Below are positions 31,401 to 40,509 of a DNA stretch of 64,000 bases, piece after piece (within the stretch, counting starts at the first letter, position 1; every line of letters starts with the position of its first letter). The stretch comes from an uncultured virus (IMG/VR IMGVR_UViG_3300037466_002047). Taxonomy: Duplodnaviria > Heunggongvirae > Uroviricota > Caudoviricetes. The translations under genes and the position numbers were made by a program. The stretch is taken from IMG/VR virus record IMGVR_UViG_3300037466_002047; one strand, 5' to 3'. The notes beneath the pieces were generated by a model. That model was not told the origin of the DNA, did no database searches, and saw nothing but the letters and a program-made list of their open reading frames with translations.

Positions 31401-31901
31401 GCGGCGCTGGCCCATGAAATGGAATACGAGCAGTGGCTCGAGCAGAACGGCCTGCAGAACGGCACGCGCCCCGATGACGTCGTTCGCATCATGCGGAACG
31501 TGCGGGATCAATATCCGGATGGGTCGCCGGAGCGGAATCGCGCCGTCGAATTGATGACAGAGGCTAAGGTGTTCAAGCAGCGCGGCGACCGGCTGATGGC
31601 CGCTCCTCGAGTCAACACCGTGGAAGGCGACGACCTCAAGTTCTCCGACAGCCGGGCAAATGGCATGCGCGGCTTTTACGACACGATGCTGCCGCGCACC
31701 GCGAATTCGCTCTTCAAAAAGTATGGCGTGAAGGTTGAGCGCGCGAAGGTCAAAACCGACCGCGGCGAAGGCGTCGCGCATGTGCTCAAGATCACGCCGA
31801 AGCTGCGCGAGGCTGTGCAGAAAGAGGGACTCCCGCTATTCCAGGCAGGCGCACCGCTGGGTGTCCTGCTCAACCGCGGCCGCGAGGATGAAAAACAATG
31901 A
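28422..31901 (+). CDS. large (1159 aa) internal/ejected virion protein
   Basis: GFYSAA...GVKPEEL, HW...LYHLR, VEEVQSDW, PDAPFK..W.ELALK, GMRGFYD..LP motifs. Confidence 0.7.
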   Translation: MSEWYGFDDYDPLGDYAADPAPAHWWQRLGVETPPQTDPTGMAGSPLGDLNLWNRIGHETWFGRLAMAPFAPGTALSGALTKPMPQTGTWRDVDEATRQANTQGLESAAGDLANLAVVSGLPNVALEGTAGLANRSIFGSMAGAGHNGGPAMPMEPVPGTNPGGFYSAAQRAIENAPMKTPQTMDQWAAWLRNQPGVKPEELQSLGIHPDNPNPNLFTGDKIDKSALSGQIAENTPKFTEHALGEPRAVTMDRLERDFGGSLQTLRDYGLEPEIGPDGDMLALFDKHDPEADMIHPLDLDSESYDAPSEVIQAGKRLWRGFESLREGQPTKYDSWAGIKGQNRAVTDDPSSSVVPDEAYRERLYELQRPRRDELAPDQTAQDKYRQTWDDLSAKITAQQEAVNEARRGMSPTFAGEVDKLHKLEALRDNVHDRMVDDTLARKPYWINRGMTANSDQIAARADQLTESRRAYGLGEDETRPADMYMRARRELDPLMDARSSSQHFLGGHWEPKDVLYHLRTTEGSMGSPDLESITRRMVDAVHGKPEGEIPEEMAQERYENTVFPDAATEVPFWQNLPEAEKQKWREAAKADYYEAMQDSLGSGAPDLAVRKGLITPEEAADVSRANGWRSGYEDKPGVPTTSSHHVEEVQSDWLQKLRDQGYQIPPQAEPSIEEALAGTGHKIDELLPPVSGAEKQALDRKVFQGMYGGPEKFEQAVDYIAKVNYEARQGEGSWNRASEAAKENQRDIERMREYRSLPHMANSAADVALEKGAITPEEAEAWKYAQTTPGAFRLTFGGDGSAREGSTIHYKTRADAEEVVKDEYKGDKRGIYRLPNGSQRFAPGDKLPDGSVAQTHAVKLPQAYRGQSVFTGRTPGEAEETALWQMRNAYNSQIPDAPFKGNWHELALKQAVLDAVKNGKDAVTWWPGQVHADRYGFDQVARSMSYQPETNQLTVHLHNTRSVTHRIAPEDLAGHVGPEIAEKLTKPIEGGNHAALAHEMEYEQWLEQNGLQNGTRPDDVVRIMRNVRDQYPDGSPERNRAVELMTEAKVFKQRGDRLMAAPRVNTVEGDDLKFSDSRANGMRGFYDTMLPRTANSLFKKYGVKVERAKVKTDRGEGVAHVLKITPKLREAVQKEGLPLFQAGAPLGVLLNRGREDEKQ

Positions 31902-32191
31902 TCCAGTATGGCACGCCTGACGCTATCCAGATGATGCTCGCGCAAATCCAGCAGAGCATGCAGCCGAAACAGGGGCAGCAGCCCCAGCAACCGTCGATGA
32001 TGTCGCAAGTCTCGCAGATGCCGTCGCTGCGGCCATTCGGTGCGCTCGCGCCAGCGCCGTCGTTCATGAGCGGCGCAAAATCCATCGCCACGGGCAACGC
32101 CAGTCCGTGGCAGAATCCAGACGGCGGACCGATCCCAAGCCTCGATGCGCCAGCTTCGGCTGGGCTCGATGACTACTATGGAGGCTATTGA
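31898..32191 (+). CDS. Q/P/M-rich small protein
   Basis: coupled ORF; contains RPFGALAP. Confidence 0.55.
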   Translation: MIQYGTPDAIQMMLAQIQQSMQPKQGQQPQQPSMMSQVSQMPSLRPFGALAPAPSFMSGAKSIATGNASPWQNPDGGPIPSLDAPASAGLDDYYGGY

Positions 32192-32526
32192 TGGCACCGA
32201 ACCTTCCCCCGCTCGGCATGCTCAGCAGCATGATGCAGCAATCGTCGCCACAGGCCCCGCAGGGGCAGCCGATGCGGCCTCCGATGAGCGGGCCGGGCCC
32301 GGCGATGCCGGGAGGCGTTCCACAGCCCGGTGGGGCACCGCAGCCGGGCGGCGCGATTGGCCTTTGTGCAAATCCGCCGGGCGTCCCGTTCCAGTGCGGA
32401 ACCTGTCAGTTCTTCAAGCAGGGCCGGTGCGGCAACCCCGACCCGCGGCTGAACGGGAAGCCGGTCCAACCGGTGTGGTGCTGCAATAAATATCAGCATC
32501 CGGCGATGCAGACCCTCATCCCATGA
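32188..32526 (+). CDS. Pro-rich protein with HiPIP-like Cys cluster
   Basis: QCGTCQFF...RC...V.P..CCNKY. Confidence 0.6.
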   Translation: MMAPNLPPLGMLSSMMQQSSPQAPQGQPMRPPMSGPGPAMPGGVPQPGGAPQPGGAIGLCANPPGVPFQCGTCQFFKQGRCGNPDPRLNGKPVQPVWCCNKYQHPAMQTLIP

Positions 32527-32849
32527 GCGGCATCAATCTCGGCCCCACCGAAACGAACCTCTGGCGCATTGTAGCGGCGATCATTGCACTCGCCCGCGGT
32601 GCGTCGAACGCCGTGGGGACCGTCACGCTGCGGGCGGGGCAGACGACCACGACCGTAACCCCATCGACGTCACCGGCCGCGGAGAACGTCTCGTCGGGCA
32701 TGCAGGTATTCCTGCAGCCCAAGACGGCGAACGCGGCGGCGGTGATCGCGAGCACGTACATCTCGGACGTTGGGTCAAAGTCGTTCACGATCACGCATCC
32801 CAGCGACGCGAATGCGGACAAAACCTTCGGCTGGAAGGCAGCCGGATGA
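32523..32849 (+). CDS. small tail/virion protein
   Basis: G.SNAVGTVTL...TTTTV...P.TANAAA...FTITH...DKTF. Confidence 0.65.
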   Translation: MSGINLGPTETNLWRIVAAIIALARGASNAVGTVTLRAGQTTTTVTPSTSPAAENVSSGMQVFLQPKTANAAAVIASTYISDVGSKSFTITHPSDANADKTFGWKAAG

Positions 32850-33262
32850 GCACCCTCAGCCCGCTCATTTGCGTGCCGCCGGACCAGATCGATGCGGTGT
32901 GGCCTTATGTGCTCGGATACCTGCGCGCGGCCTATCTCGCGTGCGACGACAATATGCCGGAGAACCTGCAAAAGTGGCTGAAGGACAAGGACGGCCTGCT
33001 GTGGATTTACACGACCGGCGGTCGGGTGCTCGCGGCCATGGTCACGTCCATCGAGAGACGGCCGAGCGGCCCGGTGCTTCGGCTGGGCGCGACCGGCGGC
33101 ATTCAACTTGAACGATGGCGAGATTGTCAGCGCCGAATCATAGAATATGCGCGCGCGGAAGGCTGTGTTAAAATCGTGGTCGAAGGCCGCCCCGGATGGG
33201 CTAAGGCGTTGCGCGAGTACGGCTACACGACGCAGCGAGTCATTCTGGAAAAGGTGCTCTGA
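32846..33262 (+). CDS. GNAT-like tail assembly protein
   Basis: W...I.EYARAEGC.KI..EGRPGW.K.L; usual podoviral position before the ejection genes. Confidence 0.65.
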   Translation: MSTLSPLICVPPDQIDAVWPYVLGYLRAAYLACDDNMPENLQKWLKDKDGLLWIYTTGGRVLAAMVTSIERRPSGPVLRLGATGGIQLERWRDCQRRIIEYARAEGCVKIVVEGRPGWAKALREYGYTTQRVILEKVL

Positions 33263-34365
33263 TGACCGGCGGCTCCTCGCAGACACAGAACGCGTCCACG
33301 ACGCAGCAGTCGACCACGCAGCCGTGGTCGGAGGCGCAGCCGCTGCTGAAAAACCTCATCGGTGACTACTCCGCGATGAACCCGGCGGTGACGCCGGAGC
33401 AGCAAGCCGCGCTCCAGAACCTCGGCGGCGCGGCCGCATCGATCCCGCAATGGGACGCCGACACCCTCTACTCGCCGTTTGAAAGCGCCCTGGGCTTCAA
33501 CACGACGAACGAGCAGAACGAACTGCAGGGCATTCCTGGCGGGCTGGCGTCGCATCTGAGCGATACGGTCGACCAGAACAACCTCAACCCGATGAACACG
33601 CCGGGTTTCTCCGACGCGCTCGGGACGATGAACAACGACATCACCAATCAGGTGAAAAGCATCTATGCCGGATCGGGCCGCGACCCGACCGGCGCTGGTT
33701 CGTTCGCGCAATCGCTCGGCCGCGGCCTCTCGCAAGGCGAAGGGCAACTGATCGAGAACCAATTTAATCAGAACCGCGGCGCGCAGAACTCGGCGGCAGA
33801 GGCGATTGCTGGCTCCCAGGGCACGGCAGCGACCCAGACGGCGGCGCTGCGCGAGGCTGACCTCAACGCGCAACTGCAGGGGCTCGGCTACATGCCCCAG
33901 GCGCTGCAAGACCTCGTCATGCCCGCGCAGACGATGATGCAATTCGCCAACGCGGGGTACGGGCAGCCTTTCCAGAACCTGCAGGATCTGCTCTCGCCGT
34001 CGCTCGCGCTCGGATCGATGGGATCGGAGTCGAGCGGCACTGGCACGTCGACCGGCACGGTCACACAGAGCAGCAGCGCGCTCGGCAACATTCTCGGCGG
34101 CATTACCGGCGGGCTCGGCCTGCTAGGGAAATTCCTGCCATCCGATGAGCGCGTGAAGGACGACATCGAGGAGGTCGGTGAACTCCACGACGGCCAGAAA
34201 GTCTATGCCTACCGCTACAAGGGCAGCCCGACCACGCATCTCGGCCTGCTCGCGCAGGAAGTGCTCGATCACGATCCCGACGCGGTCGATGATTTCGGCG
34301 GGATGCTCGCGGTCGATTACAAACGGGCGACGCGCGACGCCGCAGCCATGGGAGCACACGCATGA
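33262..34365 (+). CDS. ejection protein with C-terminal peptidase S74-like chaperone domain
   Basis: S/T/Q/G-rich body; PSDERVKDDI...YAYRYKG...GLLAQEV...PDAV...VDY. Confidence 0.8.
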   Translation: MTGGSSQTQNASTTQQSTTQPWSEAQPLLKNLIGDYSAMNPAVTPEQQAALQNLGGAAASIPQWDADTLYSPFESALGFNTTNEQNELQGIPGGLASHLSDTVDQNNLNPMNTPGFSDALGTMNNDITNQVKSIYAGSGRDPTGAGSFAQSLGRGLSQGEGQLIENQFNQNRGAQNSAAEAIAGSQGTAATQTAALREADLNAQLQGLGYMPQALQDLVMPAQTMMQFANAGYGQPFQNLQDLLSPSLALGSMGSESSGTGTSTGTVTQSSSALGNILGGITGGLGLLGKFLPSDERVKDDIEEVGELHDGQKVYAYRYKGSPTTHLGLLAQEVLDHDPDAVDDFGGMLAVDYKRATRDAAAMGAHA

Positions 34366-35027
34366 GCGACTTTGGATCGTTCACATCGCCGTATGTGTCC
34401 GGCGCTGCCTATGGCCTCCGGGGCGACGAATTCGAATTGAACCCGCAGGTTTATCAGGGGTCGCTGGGCCCGCAGGGCAAGATTCCGACGCTATCGAAAG
34501 ACCAACTCGGCAGCGTCGTGAGCGGGCTCAATCTCTCGCCGGATTATTTGCGACAGGTGATGTTCTCGCAGAGCACGCCGACCAGCTTCCGCGCGGAAGG
34601 TGGAGAATCCGGCGATACGATGCCGGTCCCGACCAGCTTCGCTGATAGCAATCTCATCAGCGAATTCGGGGATACGATGCCGGGTGGCTCTGGGGCGAAC
34701 TCGGCACACACCGGTTACTACACAGCGGCTCCCGGAGAGCAGGTATCATTCGCTGATTTGCGCAATGCGCTGCAGCAGTATGGCTTGCCGGGCAGCGATC
34801 AGCCTGCGGCGGCTGCTCCGAGCACGCCTACGGCTGCGCCGCAGCCCTATACGCCGAATTTCGTGCACCTCGACGGGATTCCATATCTCAACACGTCGCC
34901 ATCGGCACGTGGTGCTCCGTTCGGCTCGCTCGCGCCGTCCGCTGGCGGCGACCAGAGCAGCCCGGCCGGTGTGAATTGGCAAAACTGGATGATGGGCGCG
35001 GGCCCGACCGGCTCGAGCAACTACTGA
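34362..35027 (+). CDS. putative internal virion protein
   Basis: coupled ORF in the ejection module; contains APFGSLAP. Confidence 0.6.
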   Translation: MSDFGSFTSPYVSGAAYGLRGDEFELNPQVYQGSLGPQGKIPTLSKDQLGSVVSGLNLSPDYLRQVMFSQSTPTSFRAEGGESGDTMPVPTSFADSNLISEFGDTMPGGSGANSAHTGYYTAAPGEQVSFADLRNALQQYGLPGSDQPAAAAPSTPTAAPQPYTPNFVHLDGIPYLNTSPSARGAPFGSLAPSAGGDQSSPAGVNWQNWMMGAGPTGSSNY

Positions 35028-35037
35028 GGAGGCTGCG

Positions 35038-36084
35038 ATGGCCGACGACGGCAGCGATTACAACCCGCTCGACCTCGGCATGCTCGGGTATCTCGGGCTG
35101 CAGGGCGCGCGCGCGGGCGCGGCGGGCTTCCGTGCCATTGCGCCATATCTCGGCCGGGCCGCTGGCTCTGCGATGGGGGCGTTGAGCGGCCCTGTCGGGG
35201 CCGGTGCGATGGCCGCATATGAGACGATGCGCCCGACCACGGCGAACTCCGACGAAGTCGACATGTATGTCCGCGACCCTTCCGGCGCGCTCCTCCCGAA
35301 TCCGAAAGCGATGCAACTCGGCCTGCTGCCGCACGCCGGGTATGACGAGTCTGGGTTCGAAAATTACGACTTCGGAGCCGACGACTCGAAGCCGTCGAAA
35401 GAGGACAGCGCACCCGCGCCCAAGACGGCCGACGCTGCCCCCTCCTCCGGATACGACGAAGCGGGGTTTGAGAATTACGACTTCGGCCCGTCGCCGGTCG
35501 ACGTATCGGCGCGCAGCAAGCCTCCGTCATCGTCGGGCCCGGGCAGGGCATCGAGCGTTGCGACGACGCCGGGGCAGTACGCGACGGCACCGAGCAGCGT
35601 CGGCGGTTTCTTCGGCCGCATCGGCAACGTGCTGCACAACAATTCCAACATGTTCCTCGGCCTCGGCGCTGGCCTTGCTGGCAAGCGGTCGTTTGGCGAG
35701 GCGATGTCCGGCGGCTTCGAAGGCGCGGCCAAGGGCGGCCAGATGGACGTCAGCCAGAACATGCAGATGCAGGGCATCCGCGCAGCGTATTCAAACCTCA
35801 TCCAGCAGGGCATCGACCCGCGCGCTGCGCTGGCCGCCGTCTACAATCCCGAACTCATGAAGGCGCTCATCAATCGCCAGTACGGCGTGGGCAAGGTGGT
35901 CGATGGTGAGGCCGACCCGATGACCGGCGTGACGCGGAAGGTCGTGCAGTATCCGAACGGGCAGATCGTGCCGCTCGATGCGGCGTCGAAACCGGTGCCG
36001 GTGCGGACTTTCGAGGAAGCGCTGAAGCTGCCGAAGCATACGCTTTTCAGCCTGCCCGATGGCCGTGGCGGCATGACGCGATAG
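35038..36084 (+). CDS. putative ejection protein
   Basis: G/A-rich; internal repeat GYDE(S/A)GFENYDFG x2. Confidence 0.7.
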   Translation: MADDGSDYNPLDLGMLGYLGLQGARAGAAGFRAIAPYLGRAAGSAMGALSGPVGAGAMAAYETMRPTTANSDEVDMYVRDPSGALLPNPKAMQLGLLPHAGYDESGFENYDFGADDSKPSKEDSAPAPKTADAAPSSGYDEAGFENYDFGPSPVDVSARSKPPSSSGPGRASSVATTPGQYATAPSSVGGFFGRIGNVLHNNSNMFLGLGAGLAGKRSFGEAMSGGFEGAAKGGQMDVSQNMQMQGIRAAYSNLIQQGIDPRAALAAVYNPELMKALINRQYGVGKVVDGEADPMTGVTRKVVQYPNGQIVPLDAASKPVPVRTFEEALKLPKHTLFSLPDGRGGMTR

Positions 36085-36093
36085 GGGCACCTG

Positions 36094-37119
36094 ATGTCCA
36101 ACACCTACGACTACACGAATGCACCGGCCGATCCGTCGCAGCCGCAGCCACAAGCGCCGCAGCCGCCGCAAGCGGCGCAATTCGCGTCGCAGGTGCCCGA
36201 CGACGTCTGGGCGAGTCATTTCCAGATGTTCTCGCCGGAGGAGATGCAGTCGCTGACCGGCGGCGGCTCGGGATCGGGCTCGGGTATGCCTGCGGAATTG
36301 GCCGGGCTGCGCGGGCAGGACTTCATGGATGCGCTTAAGCAGTCCAACCCGACCTTTTACGAGCGCGTGAAGCGCGTGGGTGAAGGGCGCGAGCCGTTCC
36401 CCACCGGCTACTCGCAAAAGATTCCGCAGAACCAAATGCTGATCCGGATGCTCGGATTGGCGTATCCCGGCTATACGGCGCAGGATTTCAAGCTCCGCGG
36501 CGACGTGCTCAAGGACTTTAAAACCGGCCGATCATCGGTGCAGGTGCAGGGCGCGAACCAAGCCATCCTGCACGCGCAGACCGCGCTCGATGCGTCCGAG
36601 AAGCTGGGCGGCTTCAACACGCTCCCGGCCGTCCTCAACCCGCTGCGCAATGCATACGAGAGCCAATTCGACACCGACTATCAGACACAAAAGGCGCGCT
36701 TCGAAGCGTCGGTGAATGCGCTCGGCGGCGAACTGACCAAAGCGTTCCGCGGCAGCGCAGGCGCGCTCGAGGACGTGCGGAATTGGAAAGAGAACGCTCT
36801 GGCCGCGAACTCGCCCGCCACGCGCGCGGCCTCGATCCGCGCGGGGATGGAATTGCTGCACGGCTCGCTCGAGACGCTGGCGGACAAGTACAACGCGGGC
36901 ATGTCGTCCAGCATCAGCGGCATGCAGTTGCTGCGCGGGAAGAACGCCGAGATCTTCTCGAAGATCATGGGTATCCCGCTCGATAACACCCAGACCAAGG
37001 GCTACTACGGCGACTCGGGCCCCGATGCTGGTATGCAGGATCCGAATCCGAGCGCCCCGAAAGCGCCCGCGCCCGGCAATTACATCTACCAACCCGGCAA
37101 AGGACTCGTCCCGCGATGA
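36094..37119 (+). CDS. putative ejection protein
   Basis: helical, within the ejection module, coupled to the next gene. Confidence 0.7.
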   Translation: MSNTYDYTNAPADPSQPQPQAPQPPQAAQFASQVPDDVWASHFQMFSPEEMQSLTGGGSGSGSGMPAELAGLRGQDFMDALKQSNPTFYERVKRVGEGREPFPTGYSQKIPQNQMLIRMLGLAYPGYTAQDFKLRGDVLKDFKTGRSSVQVQGANQAILHAQTALDASEKLGGFNTLPAVLNPLRNAYESQFDTDYQTQKARFEASVNALGGELTKAFRGSAGALEDVRNWKENALAANSPATRAASIRAGMELLHGSLETLADKYNAGMSSSISGMQLLRGKNAEIFSKIMGIPLDNTQTKGYYGDSGPDAGMQDPNPSAPKAPAPGNYIYQPGKGLVPR

Positions 37120-40100
37120 CGATCAGCGTCACCGGCCCTGACGGATCGAATTTCGCGTTTCCGGATGGCACGCCGGAGGCGGAAATCTCGTCCGCGCTCG
37201 ACTCGCATTATGCGCAGGCTGGGACGCCGAATGAGTCACGTGGAACATCGCGCGCTGGTAAAGCGGCCGACGTTTCTCTACCGGAAGGATTGGTGCGTGC
37301 GACCGCGACGGGCACGCCGGTCGTCGGCGGGCTGCTGAACAAGCTCGACGCCGCGACGAACGCGCTGCTCGCGCCATTGCTCGACAAGTACACGCCGGAC
37401 AATTTCGAGAAGCTGCCGGAAGGCTCGTTCAACGAGCGCTATCAGCATGCGCTCGACGTCCAGAATGCAAAGGACGCCGAATTTCAGAAAGATCACCCGG
37501 TGCTCAACACGGCCGCCGAGGTCGCTGGCGGCCTGGGATCGACCGGCGCGGCCTTGCGCGCGGCCCCGGCGACCATGTCGCGCGTGCTCGGCCTGACCGG
37601 CGAGACGTTGCCGCAGCAAGTCGGCCAGGGCATTGCCGCTGGCGCGGGCCTGGGCGCTGCGGACTCGGCCACGCGCGGCGAGGATGCGGGCACAGGGGCG
37701 ATGATCGGAGCCATTACCGGCGGCGTCGCCCCGGTGGCGGCCAATCTGGTCGGCCGGGCGGTGAACGGGGTGCGTGGCCTTCGCCCGCCTCCGCGCGCGC
37801 CCCAGGTCTTCGAGGACGTCGCTGGGCATCCGGTGCCGCTGACGGTCGGCCAGCAGACCCAGGATCCGAACATCATCATGGAGGAGCAGCGGGCGCTGCG
37901 CGGGGCGGACAGCCCGGCGGCCAACGCGGCGGCCTCCGAGTATTTCCAGGGGGTCCAGAAACCGGCTGTAGAGGCCGCTGGTGAGGCGGTTGCGCGCCGG
38001 ATGAGCCCAGGTGGGGAGTTGACCGCAACGACGCCCCAGGAAGGCGCTGAGGGCCTCCTGAACGCCCTCGGGCAGCGCGGGCAGGCCGACGCTGGCGAAG
38101 CTGCGCGCCAGGCCGAGTTGCTTGGAACCGCTCGGCAAGGTCTCTCACGGTCCCTTACGCCCCCCTCTGCGCCCTCTAATCCGCTCGACGCCGCCTCTGT
38201 AGTCCAGGCTCAGATCGGCAGCATGCGGCAGGGGGAACAGCAAGCGGTCCAGCAAGCGACCGACCGGGTCGAGCAGAACAGCCAGCGCCTCATGGCCTCA
38301 TTCCACCCGGAAGGACAGGTGCTGGCGAACTCGCCCATGGAAGCCGGGCAGGTGGTCAGCGACGCCGTCTCTCAGGCGCGCGCGAACGCGGAAGGCGCGT
38401 ACCGCGATGCCTACCAGACGATGCGGGAAACCCCGGGCCATTTCCACCCGGCGTCGTTCAATGGCATCAGCGAGCGCATTGGGAGCGCCGTGACCACGCC
38501 GGATTCGATCCCGATCAATGCCGAGACGACGCCGAATGCGCATCAGGCGCTCGGCAATCTCGATGAGATGCTTAATGGCATCACTCAGCAGCGCGGTGAG
38601 AATGGTCGCATCATCCCACGGTCGGGCCCGCTCGATGCCGCGGCGGTCGATGATGCGCGCAAACGTTTGAACGCGTACCTGCGCATGGCGCAACAGCGCG
38701 GGCAGACCACCGGACAGTGGGCGGACGCCTCCGCGATGCGCGATGTTATCGCGGAATTCGACAAAGAGGTCGAAGACGCGATCCGCAGCGGCAAATTCAT
38801 CGGCAATGGGCAGAATGCGCTCGGCGCGATGGAGCGCGCGCGCGGCCTCTTCTCCAATTATCGAAAGACGTTCACCCGGCAGGGCGCTGGCGATCAGGTC
38901 GGACCCGCGATGGAGAGCATCGTCGGCCGCCATGAGGGGCAGGCCGCGGCTCCTGAGACGGTCGCGAAGATGGTCACGAGCGGAGCCAAGGCCCCGCTCA
39001 TCGGCCGTCGCCTTGTCGATCTCTTCGGTCAGGACTCACCGGAGGTCGGCGCGATCCGGCAGGGCCTGCTCTCTCAGATGACTCGCGACGCGAGCGGCGC
39101 GGCGCTCCCGGCAGACAAGGCCGCGGGAAACATCGAGTCCATGCTGCGCGGCTCTTCGCTGCGAGACGTGTACTTCACGCCGGAGCATCAGGAAGCGCTC
39201 GCTCAGCACGCGCGGGATCTGCGCGGCACCATCCAGGCCCCGCGCGCGGCGACCGATGTGGTCACACCGGCCATGCAGCGCATCGTGGGCGAGGGCGGCG
39301 GTCAGGCGTACACGCCTCAGCAAGTGCTGGATCTCACGCTCGGCACTAAAGGCGTCGGCCAGAATCCGGTCGGCGTGCAGATCGCCCAGCACCTGAAGCA
39401 GACGGCTGGGGAGCAGTCGCCCGCATTCCAGGCGCTGCGCTCCGCGGCATTTGAGCGGCTCCATGGCGCGGACAGCAGCGAGACGGCGGGCAACATTCGC
39501 GAGTACCTCAATGGCCGCGGCAAGGCGATGGCGGACGTGCTGCACGCCGCGCCTATCGAGCGGCAGGCGCTGGAGGATTACGCGGCAGTGCACGAGGCGG
39601 CGCATGCGCGCTCGGCGGGCCCGCGCACGACCGGCAGCAAGCTCCTCGAGGATATGAAGGGCGTCACCGGCCGCCAGCCGACCGCGACCGACATCACCGC
39701 GATCCTCAACCCGCGCAACGGGCGCGAGCGCGCCGTCGAACTGGCGAAATCGGTCATCGCATCGGAGGGCGAGAACTCGCCCGCGCATGTTGCGATCAAG
39801 CAGGGGCTCTGGGCGCAGGCGCTCGAGAATAAGACCGGCCCGATGGACGTGGGCTCGAAGGCGGTGATCTCCAAGCTGCAGGAACTGCTGCACGGCTCCG
39901 GCAGGCCGTTGGCGCAGGCGGTCTATTCCGCCGACGAGCGCGCGCTGATGCAGTCGTACCTCGATCTCACGCGCAAGATCACGCCACCGAACGGGACGGT
40001 GAACTATTCGAACACGTCCTCGGTGCTGATGAAGGCGTTTCGAGGAGGCATCGACTCCTTGTTCGGGGGTCTCGGCATGTTTCACTTCGGCCCGGTCGGG

Positions 40101-40283
40101 GTGTTGGCGGGTCATGCCGCCGACCGCTCCCAGGGGGCCGTTCGCGACGTCATCCGCTCTGCCAGAATGGCGCGGCTGCTCTTCGGCACGCCACAAGGCA
40201 TCCATGCGGCGGCGAACCTGCAACGTGATCTCGGACGGCTGATGTCATTTGGGCAGCGCGCCACGCTGCCTGCGATGCACTAA
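37116..40283 (+). CDS. large ejection/DNA-transfer protein
   Basis: N-terminal VTGPDG..F.FPDGT.E.EI; A/G-rich helical; C-terminal N.SNTS. Confidence 0.8.
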   Translation: MTISVTGPDGSNFAFPDGTPEAEISSALDSHYAQAGTPNESRGTSRAGKAADVSLPEGLVRATATGTPVVGGLLNKLDAATNALLAPLLDKYTPDNFEKLPEGSFNERYQHALDVQNAKDAEFQKDHPVLNTAAEVAGGLGSTGAALRAAPATMSRVLGLTGETLPQQVGQGIAAGAGLGAADSATRGEDAGTGAMIGAITGGVAPVAANLVGRAVNGVRGLRPPPRAPQVFEDVAGHPVPLTVGQQTQDPNIIMEEQRALRGADSPAANAAASEYFQGVQKPAVEAAGEAVARRMSPGGELTATTPQEGAEGLLNALGQRGQADAGEAARQAELLGTARQGLSRSLTPPSAPSNPLDAASVVQAQIGSMRQGEQQAVQQATDRVEQNSQRLMASFHPEGQVLANSPMEAGQVVSDAVSQARANAEGAYRDAYQTMRETPGHFHPASFNGISERIGSAVTTPDSIPINAETTPNAHQALGNLDEMLNGITQQRGENGRIIPRSGPLDAAAVDDARKRLNAYLRMAQQRGQTTGQWADASAMRDVIAEFDKEVEDAIRSGKFIGNGQNALGAMERARGLFSNYRKTFTRQGAGDQVGPAMESIVGRHEGQAAAPETVAKMVTSGAKAPLIGRRLVDLFGQDSPEVGAIRQGLLSQMTRDASGAALPADKAAGNIESMLRGSSLRDVYFTPEHQEALAQHARDLRGTIQAPRAATDVVTPAMQRIVGEGGGQAYTPQQVLDLTLGTKGVGQNPVGVQIAQHLKQTAGEQSPAFQALRSAAFERLHGADSSETAGNIREYLNGRGKAMADVLHAAPIERQALEDYAAVHEAAHARSAGPRTTGSKLLEDMKGVTGRQPTATDITAILNPRNGRERAVELAKSVIASEGENSPAHVAIKQGLWAQALENKTGPMDVGSKAVISKLQELLHGSGRPLAQAVYSADERALMQSYLDLTRKITPPNGTVNYSNTSSVLMKAFRGGIDSLFGGLGMFHFGPVGVLAGHAADRSQGAVRDVIRSARMARLLFGTPQGIHAAANLQRDLGRLMSFGQRATLPAMH

Positions 40284-40447
40284 CGGCGGTCGAGCGCCAC
40301 GGCGAAGCCAAAGCAGGCGATGCAAACTCCAATTGTTCCGAGCAGTCCGTAGTGCGCGACGACGTAAGGCGCTACGACTCGGTGTATGAGGAGCATGAAG
40401 CCGATGAAGGCGATGGTGGCTGTCAGGAGCACGCGGTCCATGCCCAT
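40280..40447 (-). CDS. small 2-TM membrane protein (moron-like)
   Basis: two hydrophobic helices; opposite strand within the late operon. Confidence 0.6.
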   Translation of the reverse strand: MGMDRVLLTATIAFIGFMLLIHRVVAPYVVAHYGLLGTIGVCIACFGFAVALDRR

Positions 40448-40509
40448 CTCAATATCAGCGGCCGGTGACGGCGGGACGGAGATCGCCTCGCTCTCCACAG
40501 GAGATCATC

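Noticed and set aside
16550..40223. Long antisense ORFs (e.g. 16550-17647, 20954-22060, 22380-23549, 23622-24944, 30633-31781, 39036-40223)
   Set aside because: Shadow frames of high-GC3 structural genes on the opposite strand; no recognisable motifs.
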